DNA of 64,000 nucleotides from assembly GCA_963849385.1 (NCBI GenBank), contig CAWKHH010000007.1, forward strand, positions 549,000 to 612,999. Direction: 5' to 3'. The first letter of the stretch is position 1, and every line of letters starts with the position of its first letter. The notes under the pieces were generated by a model. The model saw only the letters and a list, made by a program, of their open reading frames with translations, searched no databases and had not been told where the DNA came from. The translations under genes and the position numbers were made by a program. Of this stretch, positions 49,801 through 58,060 are shown one piece after another. This DNA comes from Ignavibacteriota bacterium. GTDB taxonomy: Bacteria; Bacteroidota; Ignavibacteria; UBA10030; UBA6906.

Positions 49801-50273
49801 ATGTCCCTTCAGAAAATCGCGCCTTCAGTAAAACTGGGCAAAGACGTCAAGATTTTCGACTTTGTGAACCTCTACGGTTGTGAGATTGGCGATGGCTCTA
49901 AGATCGGCACCTTTGTGGAGATCCAGAAGAATGCGCGGGTAGGCAAAAACTGCAAGATTTCGACCCATACGTTCATCTGCGAAGGTGTCGTGATTGAAGA
50001 CGATGTATTTGTCGGGCATGGTGTCATGTTTATCAATGACAAATACCCCCGGTCCACCACGAAGGCGGTGGGATGCAGACTGAGGCTGACTGGAAGGTCG
50101 TCCCCACGCTGATCAAACGCGGTGCCTCGATTGGCACTAACACTACGATTTTATGCGGGGTTACGGTAGGTGAGAAGGCTGTTGTCGGTGCTGGAAGTGT
50201 GGTTACCAAAGATGTCCCCCCAAACACGATTGTTGCTGGCGTGCCTGCCCGTGTTCTGAGGAAAGTCGATTGA
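49801..50273 (+). pseudogene. Hexapeptide-repeat sugar N-acetyltransferase (WbpD/WlbB-like) split by a 1-nt indel near 50064
   Basis: Left-handed beta-helix repeats continue from ...[13 protein letters not shown] (frame 1) into [36 protein letters not shown] (frame 0). Confidence 0.75.
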
Positions 50274-50298
50274 ATTAACTACTGGTGGATGGAGAATA

Positions 50299-53156
50299 AT
50301 GCGCATGTGTACGAAATTTGTCATCAAGAAGGAGTCAACGATGAAGCACTTGCATGGTTGGTTTTCCGTATTTGTCCTCCTGGCCCTGATTTCTCTCCTG
50401 GGACTGGGAGAGGCGTTTGCAGGGAAGACGACGTTTGTCTCGTCGGATTTCAACTCCTACAGCTTCAATAAGAATCTGTGGACCCTTGTCAATCCCCGCG
50501 GAGACGGGGCACTCTCGATGATCGGCACGAACACCATCAATGCCGCAATCTCGATCAAGGGGCATGCCGGCATCGAACATGATGTTTTTCCAACCGGCGA
50601 CTACACCGTCCGGATTCTTCAAACAGCCACCAACACAGACTTCAATATGGAGGTCAAGTTTCTCTCGGGATTGGTCGGCGGGACGTTCGAAGCATACACC
50701 GCACAGGGCGTGCTCATTGAAGAAAATGCGACAAGCAAGATTATGTTCTGTTTCACCACGGGGACAACAGACAGCGTCCGCGCTTATGCGGCGGCATATG
50801 TTGGCGGACTCAGCTCTCCGAGTGTGAAGGTGAACAGGAAGATGGCCGCGCTGGGCTCAGGCCCGCTCTGGATGCGCGTCTCGCGGACGGGCAATTCCTG
50901 GACGTTCAAATACTCGCTGGATGGCACGAACTGGGATACCGCTGTGACATTTACCCAGTCCTTCACAGTGACGAAGGTCGGTCCGTTCTCACTTAACGCC
51001 GGAACAAAGGCGGCGGACTTTGCCGCTGTTGTGGACTATTTCTATAACCTGGATTCTGTTGCGACTCCGGACGACAGTCTCGCCGCTCCCCCGGATACCG
51101 TGGCAGCCTACATCCATGGTGTGCGGGTCGAAAACGTGGCCTCGAATGCCACACAGATTGCGTGGAATACCGACAAACTGAGTGACGGCGTAGTAGAATA
51201 CGGGACAACACCATCCTACGGTCTGAACGCTTTCGCTCTCGACAGTAGACTATGAGCATCTTGTGACGATCACCAACATCAATCCCTCGACAACATATAA
51301 CTACCGGGTGAAGGCAGGTGATGCGGGAAGCCGGATCTCCACAACGGGAAACTTTACTCTGGCAACTCCCGGGAGCGCCACTGATGTCTCGAGTAGATCC
51401 GATGCATTCAGTGATGCGGCATTGAACACAAGTCTCTGGAGTGTGGTTGACTACCGCGGGGATGCGCTGACGGCTATCGTCAATGATCAGCTGGCAATCA
51501 CGGTGCCCGGGGGGACCCCGCATGATCTCTGGTCGGATGGGGATTTCCTCCCGCGTGTTGTCCAGACCCTTCCGAACTCTGATGTGCGCGAGTTTATCGT
51601 GCGATACAACACGGGCGTTTCAGGATCAGCATCCACTTTTCGGTTCGAGGGGATGGTGTTCGAGGAATCCCCCTCCCGGCTCCTGCGATTTGATTTCCTG
51701 AATGATGGATCCAATACCCGTGCGTTTGCCGCGAGCTTCTTCGGCCTCGAGCATCCGGTTGTCCGGTTCAACGTCTCGCTGGGTCCCAGCGAAATAGCCC
51801 CTCTCTATATGCGGGTACGGCAATCCGGCGCGTTGTGGACTCTGGACTATTCCTTTGATGGAACCTCCTGGACTCAGGCGGGAAGTTTCTGGGATTTTCT
51901 TTCCCCCGCCAAGGTTGGTATCAGCACGGGCAATTCGGCCGATGTGGGCCTGTCGCCGCCGGACTACACATCGCTGATCGATTTCTTCCAGGGAGCTCTT
52001 CCGGCAAAGACAAAGCTTGGCGCGCCGGCGAACGACGCCACCAGTCTTTCGATCCCCGTTCAGCTGACCTGGAGTGTGACGATCGGCGCGACCGGATACC
52101 ACGTCCAGGTCGCGAAGGACTCACTGTTCACGGTGATGGTCGCCAATGATAGTCTGCTGACGGTTCCGGTGAAGAACCTTACGGGCCTGCAGACCGATAC
52201 CAAGTACTACTGGCGTGTGAAGGGAAAGAACACCAAGGGAAGCGGTTCATATTCGGACGTGTGGAACTTCACGACGATTCCCGGAGTTCCCGGAGCGCCA
52301 ACGCTTCTCGCGCCGGCCAACAGTTCTTCAAACCAGCCTGTGAGCCAGACTCTCCGCTGGTCGAAGATGTCGAGCGCACTATCCTACTATGTCCAGCTGG
52401 GATCAGACTCTACGTTTGCGACGGCTCTGGTCGTCAATGACTCCACCATAGTCGATACGGTCCAGGCGGTTACCGATCTCACGCAGAACACAAAATACTT
52501 CTGGCGAGTGCGGACGAAGAACGTGTCAGGTATTGGACCATTCTCCGCCATCTGGAATTTCAGGACGGTAGTCCCGCCGCCAACAGCGGTGACTCTTGCC
52601 CTTCCCGCCATGAACGCCTTTGTAACGAGGGATACCGTTCTCCTCGTCTGGCGCAAAGCAGATCCGGCCGTGACGAAATATACTCTGGTTCATGGGCCGG
52701 ATTCGCTCTTCGCGTTTGGCGCTACGGATTCGAGCATTACCGATACCACAAAGATCATTCGATCGATTACCAACAATACGCGCTATTTCTGGAAGGTCCG
52801 CGCCGGGAACGCCTCAGGTTGGGGTCCGTACAGTGAAGTGCGTGCGTACAACGTGGTGATCACCTCTGTGGCAACGGAGCGTGAGCTGCCGAAGGAATTC
52901 GTTCTGTCGCAGAACTATCCCAACCCGTTCAACCCTGCGACACGTATTGAATTCGGTGTTCCGGCACGTCGGTCACGTTACGCTGGAAGTGTACAGTATG
53001 CTGGGTGAAAAGGTTGCCACTCTTGTTGATGGGGAACAACAGCCCGGGTATCATCAGGTGGTCTTTGACGGTGCTCGGTTTGCCAGCGGTGTCTACCTCT
53101 ACAGGCTCGTGACTGAAAATGCGTCGTTGATGAGAAAGATGGTGTTGGTGAAATAG
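50299..53156 (+). pseudogene. T9SS cargo protein (2x ConA/LamG-like, FN3-like repeats, C-terminal sorting domain) with two frame disruptions (about 51240 and about 52965)
   Basis: Signal peptide. An FN3 module is split across the stop at 51255 (...VEYGTTPSYG / YEHLVTITNINPSTTYNYRV). The sorting domain is split (NYPNPFNPATRIEFGVP / HVTLEVYSMLGEKVATLVDG...MVLVK). Confidence 0.75.
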
Positions 53157-53285
53157 GATGGACGCCGGATTGCATCGCGGGGAGCGCTGCCTGACCGGGA
53201 GTTCACTCCCGGGGCAGTCTCCCCGGCTGCATTCACCACCAGGTGTCAAATGAATCCTGCGGGACTTTCATAAGGAGACTGCTCG

Positions 53286-55748
53286 ATGAAACGATGGTTC
53301 GCAAAGTTAGCCCAGCATACAGCAATCCTGGTACTCATGGTTGCAGCTGCCGGCACAAGTGATGCACAGCGGTTGTTGCGCGGTCCCCAGGCCGGTGATA
53401 TCTACAAGGAGTATTCGCGGACGATGATGACATACGCTGACTGGCGGGTGATTGATCCCAACGCGACGAATGCGGATGCACGGACCTATCTCCCCAATCC
53501 GGTGCTGTATTTCACGGTCTCCGATCTTCAGCATGCGATCCGTGCTGAAGCGGTGATCGACATGTGGGGTGGCCATGCAGGGACAACGCAAAAGCGGGTC
53601 CGGTTCAATGAGAATGACTGGATTCTCCTGCCCGAACTGAATACGACACCGGGGAGCGGGGAGTGTTATCTTTCGGAATTCAACCCGGTGGTGGATGTCC
53701 CCCTTGCGAATCTCACTGAAGGAGCGAACTCCGTTGAAGGAACGAACGCAGGGCAGATTTGCTATGATTTTGGCTGGGGCCAGTGGGGCTTCAACGGGAT
53801 CGTCTTGCGCGTGTATTACGATTCCACGAAGATCCATCCGACCGGATCCATTACCTCCGTCGCACAGGGAGGGGCACTCACAGAGAATCCCGTCATCACG
53901 GTCAATGCTTCGAGCCCCGTTGGTATCAGCAGGGTGGATTTCATCGGGTGGTACGAAAGCTATGATACGGACGGCGACGGGGTGTACATAGACTGGCAGT
54001 ATAACTATCACCGGGGGAGGACGGAAACGGTTGAGGCGTTGCACAATCATATCGGAACGGCATCGAGTGCACCCTGGTCTGTGACGTGGAACACCGATCG
54101 TGTCCCCGACCAGGTTCTGGGTGGTGTCACACTCGGCGCTCTCATCCGTGACAACAACGGCGTCATGTACATGGCCCCGTACGTTGAAGACGTCTCTCTC
54201 GTCCGCGCCAACAAATCAGTCCGGCTGTACAAGCCGTACAATATGCCTGAAAACTGCGAGCTGCGGGTCGGCAAAACCAAATACGCCAATTTTTCCATAC
54301 CGTCCGGAACAAACCTTTCGGATGCGACTGCGGCCACATTCTGGATCTCGTCGTTCAATGGTCTGGATGTGGGGATCGCCGGGGGAGAACAGCACTGGGT
54401 AAAGGTGAACTCCCACGCACTACCGTCGTTTGGTGCAGACCATTTCTATTCGCTTGATGTGGTTTCATTCCCGTCCTCGGCGCTTATCGTGGGGGAAAAC
54501 ACGGTGGAGTTCTATTCGGAATCTCAAAGTACCGGCATGATGTTCCACTGGCCCGGACCGGGGATTATGGTGGGGTACACGGGAAGTGCGTACGGATCAC
54601 CCAAACCGCCGGCACCCGCACTGTCGTCACCTGCCAACAACAACGATTCGCAGCCGCTCAGTACGACACTCCGGTGGCGGAAAGCCTGGACTGCGAGCTC
54701 GTATCGTCTGCAGGTGAGCGCTGATTCGACATTCGCCACGGTTGTGGTCGATGATTCCACAATCACCGATACCACGGGGCAGGTGAGCAACCTCACGCCG
54801 TTTACGAAGTACTTCTGGCGCGTGAGGGCGAAAAATGCGGCCATGGCCGGAGATTTTTCACCGGCGTGGAACTTTACCACATTCGTTCTCCTGCCTACGC
54901 TTGTCTCTCCGGCGAATAACAGCACGGGCCTTGTCGTCACTCCGACATTGCTGTGGCGCAAGGTTGCCGGGGCCACCAAATACTATGTTCAGCTTGGCAT
55001 CGACCCGTCATTTGCGGGTGGTCTTGTCGTAGATGATTCAACGCTGACCGATACGACCCGCGCCGTCGCCGGACTGTCGTATAATACACTGTACTCTTGG
55101 CGGGTTGCCGCGAAGACTGCATCGGGCTTCGGTACGTTCACGCCTGCATGGAGCTTCACTACCCTTGTTCCCGTTCCGGGTCAGGTGACGCTGGCCGGTC
55201 CGGCCAACAACAGCAATTTGACGAGCGACAGTGTCACATTCACCTGGCGCAGGCAGAACGGGGCGACAAAGTACTGGATCGAAGTGGGATTCGACTCCGT
55301 CTTTACATACACACAGGTTGATACGGCGGTGACAGACACTGCGAAGGGCTTCAAGCTGGCGGTGAACAACCACACCTACTTCTGGAAAGTACGTGCCGGG
55401 AACGCCGGTGGCTGGGGTTCATTCAGTACGCTGCGTCGCATCAATGTGGCCTGGACGGGTGTCGACTATGTTGCAGAGCTGCCCAAAGAGGTGCGGCTCC
55501 ACAATAACTACCCGAATCCGTTCAACCCGACAACCCGTATCGCCTTTGATCTTCCGCGCGAATCACACGTCACGCTGGAGGTCTACAGCATTCTCGGTGA
55601 ACGGGTGGCATTGCTGGTCGACGAAATGAGAGCAGCGGGATATCACCAGCTGCAATTTGATGCGAGCGGACTCGCGAGCGGCGTGTATCTGTACCGGCTG
55701 ACGGCAAATGACGTGACCCTCATGAAAAAGATGGTGCTCATGAAGTAG
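53286..55748 (+). CDS. T9SS cargo protein: unknown 430-aa N-terminal domain, 4 FN3-like modules and a C-terminal sorting domain
   Basis: Signal peptide; repeated KYFWRVRAKN...W.FTT modules; sorting domain NYPNPFNPTTRIAFDLP...MVLMK. Confidence 0.85.
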   Translation: MKRWFAKLAQHTAILVLMVAAAGTSDAQRLLRGPQAGDIYKEYSRTMMTYADWRVIDPNATNADARTYLPNPVLYFTVSDLQHAIRAEAVIDMWGGHAGTTQKRVRFNENDWILLPELNTTPGSGECYLSEFNPVVDVPLANLTEGANSVEGTNAGQICYDFGWGQWGFNGIVLRVYYDSTKIHPTGSITSVAQGGALTENPVITVNASSPVGISRVDFIGWYESYDTDGDGVYIDWQYNYHRGRTETVEALHNHIGTASSAPWSVTWNTDRVPDQVLGGVTLGALIRDNNGVMYMAPYVEDVSLVRANKSVRLYKPYNMPENCELRVGKTKYANFSIPSGTNLSDATAATFWISSFNGLDVGIAGGEQHWVKVNSHALPSFGADHFYSLDVVSFPSSALIVGENTVEFYSESQSTGMMFHWPGPGIMVGYTGSAYGSPKPPAPALSSPANNNDSQPLSTTLRWRKAWTASSYRLQVSADSTFATVVVDDSTITDTTGQVSNLTPFTKYFWRVRAKNAAMAGDFSPAWNFTTFVLLPTLVSPANNSTGLVVTPTLLWRKVAGATKYYVQLGIDPSFAGGLVVDDSTLTDTTRAVAGLSYNTLYSWRVAAKTASGFGTFTPAWSFTTLVPVPGQVTLAGPANNSNLTSDSVTFTWRRQNGATKYWIEVGFDSVFTYTQVDTAVTDTAKGFKLAVNNHTYFWKVRAGNAGGWGSFSTLRRINVAWTGVDYVAELPKEVRLHNNYPNPFNPTTRIAFDLPRESHVTLEVYSILGERVALLVDEMRAAGYHQLQFDASGLASGVYLYRLTANDVTLMKKMVLMK

Positions 55749-55776
55749 TCCTCCGTCGCCGATGGTGTATTTGTGT

Positions 55777-55807
55777 AGGCCCTCGCAGGCTTGCTTCTTG
55801 CGAGGGC
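55777..55807 (+). terminator. Hairpin after the 53286-55748 cargo gene
   Basis: GGCCCTCGCA-ggcttgcttct-TGCGAGGGCC (10-bp stem) 30 nt after the stop codon. Confidence 0.35.
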
Positions 55808-55884
55808 CTCTGTGTATCGCGAAATCATGCTGACAGACAGGAGTTACGGTTCGCGGAACAGGGTTCCTATCAAAGGAGACACAC

Positions 55885-58003
55885 GTGGATAGCATTGTGA
55901 CGTTCGCACGGAGAATGAACGCGGCAGTTCTCGGCCTGGCAATGGTACTCCTCATCGTTGCGGGAACGCATGCCGATGCCGGTTGGTGGAATACCAGCTG
56001 GCGGTTTCGCGTACCTGTCCAGTTCTCGACCGGGCAGGTCGATCGGATACGGAAACCCGCCGAGGCGCATATTGATTTTTCTGCGCTTGTGGGGCAGCTT
56101 GGCACGCAGGGGAAGTTCGATCCGGCGACACTCCGAGTCGTCGAAGTGGATCAGGCAGGAGAACCCCTGGTGGACACAGTCGCATTCCAATTTGACCGCG
56201 ATCCGGATTATAATGACTCGACCAAAGCAGCGGGCACGCTTGTTGTCTTGATGACCGGCACGACTCCCGCCTCCACAGCGCGGAACTATATGGTGTACTT
56301 TGATTTTGCCGGCCAGGGAGGCTCCCCCGCGGTCGTGCCGCCCCGAGTGACAGTCACTGACGGCATCTGGGATGAAGCCCAGGAATGTTTCAAGATCACC
56401 AATGCTTCAGGAACGATTTACTATCAGAAACTCGGCGCTGCATTCTCGAGCTGGGTGGACAACAATGGCAATGATTGGGTAGGATACAACCCGACGTACA
56501 ACAGTGAAGCTGCCGGGGACGCCCGCGGGATTCCGAACTCATGCTATCCCCGGGGGTTCTTTCATCCCGGCGCAAGCGGCGATGCAGGGTCGATCAGCAC
56601 CATCACCCATCAGGGCCCATTGAAGATCACCATTCACTCCATTCTGACGTCCGGTTTCTTCGAATGTCAGTGGGATATCTACCCCGAGTACGCACGGCTG
56701 ACCATGCTCAAGACTGACAGTGCGTATTGGATTCTCTATGAAGGGACGCCCGGCGGTGTGATGGAACCGGATGTGGACTTCGTGACGCGGAGCGACGGCA
56801 GAAAGACCATGGCGTCGGAGATGTGGGTTGAAGATCTGGAGCCGGAGGAATGGGCGTACTTCAGTGATCCGAACGTGGATCGTTCGCTCTTTCTTTTCCA
56901 TGAGGAGAATGACCATATTGTCGATCAATACTACGCAATGACGTCTGTTGCTCCCCCGTTGGACGGGAAAATGACGGTATTTGGCTTCGGGCGGCAGTCT
57001 CACTTCATGTATTTGTACAACACTCCCCAGCATTTCACGTACGGCATAATTGATGGGACGAAGCTACACACCGACTGCGGCGTTGATTCGCTCGGCAGGC
57101 GGTGTCCTGACTGCAACCATCGGTCAGCCCGAGCAACTTCAGATGACACCGGTCACACTCCTGGCGCCCCCCGACGGAGCCACATACCAGGCGCGCACTT
57201 CCCGTCTCTCCTGGCGGGCATATCCGCTGGCGACCCGCTACCGCGTCCAGATCGCCGTTGACTCTCTCTTTGTACCGGTGTCGATCGTTGCCGATGCTTC
57301 CCCAACCGACACATCCTATACACCGGGCACGTTGGCCGCCAGCACCAGATTCTACTGGCGTGTCGCGGCCGGCATGTCCTCCTACACACTCCCATTCGGT
57401 CAGGCCTGGAGATTCGAGACGGTGGGTGGAGTGCCCAATCAGGTGAAATTGGCGTATCCGGCAAATGGTGGATGGGCACGCAGCGACAGTGTAGTGTGCC
57501 GCTGGAATCGCATGCCCGGCGCCGAGCGGTACGCAGTGGAATGGACGCAGGATTCGCTGTTTGCATATCCCGACATGGATTCCACGTTGACGGACACCGT
57601 GGCGGTGCTCTCGCTTGACCTGGGGCAGTATTTCTGGCGGGTTCGTGCGCGGAACGAAGCCGGCTGGGGTCCCTATAGTGTAATCCGGAACTTCAATACC
57701 AGCCTGACCCATGTCAATGACCCTGCGGGGATGCCGGATGCCGTGCGTCTTCTTCAGAATTTTCCGAACCCGTTCAATCCGTCCACTATTATCGAATATT
57801 CACTTCCGGCTGCAGGAAGAGTGAGGCTGGCAGTGTTCAATACTCTGGGGCAGACCGCTGCAACTCTCGTGAATGAATCCCAGAATGCCGGTTTGCACTC
57901 TGTGGTATTTGCGCCCGAAACTTCTTTGCCTTCGGGTGTCTATTTCTATAGACTCGAGATAAATGGCCAGGCGTGGACACGGGCGATGCTCCTTCTGCGG
58001 TAA
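55885..58003 (+). pseudogene. T9SS cargo protein (novel N-terminal domain, FN3-like modules, C-terminal sorting domain) with a frameshift near 57050-57120
   Basis: Frame 1 is coding up to ...HFTYGIIDG and then degenerates. Frame 2 continues SYTPTAALIRSAGGVLTATIGQPEQ... through the FN3 modules to the sorting domain NFPNPFNPSTIIEYSLP...MLLLR. Confidence 0.75.
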
Positions 58004-58060
58004 CGGGCTCAGTGTTGCGGACCATATGAAATCACAAAGTGATGAAAGAGGACGGGACTC

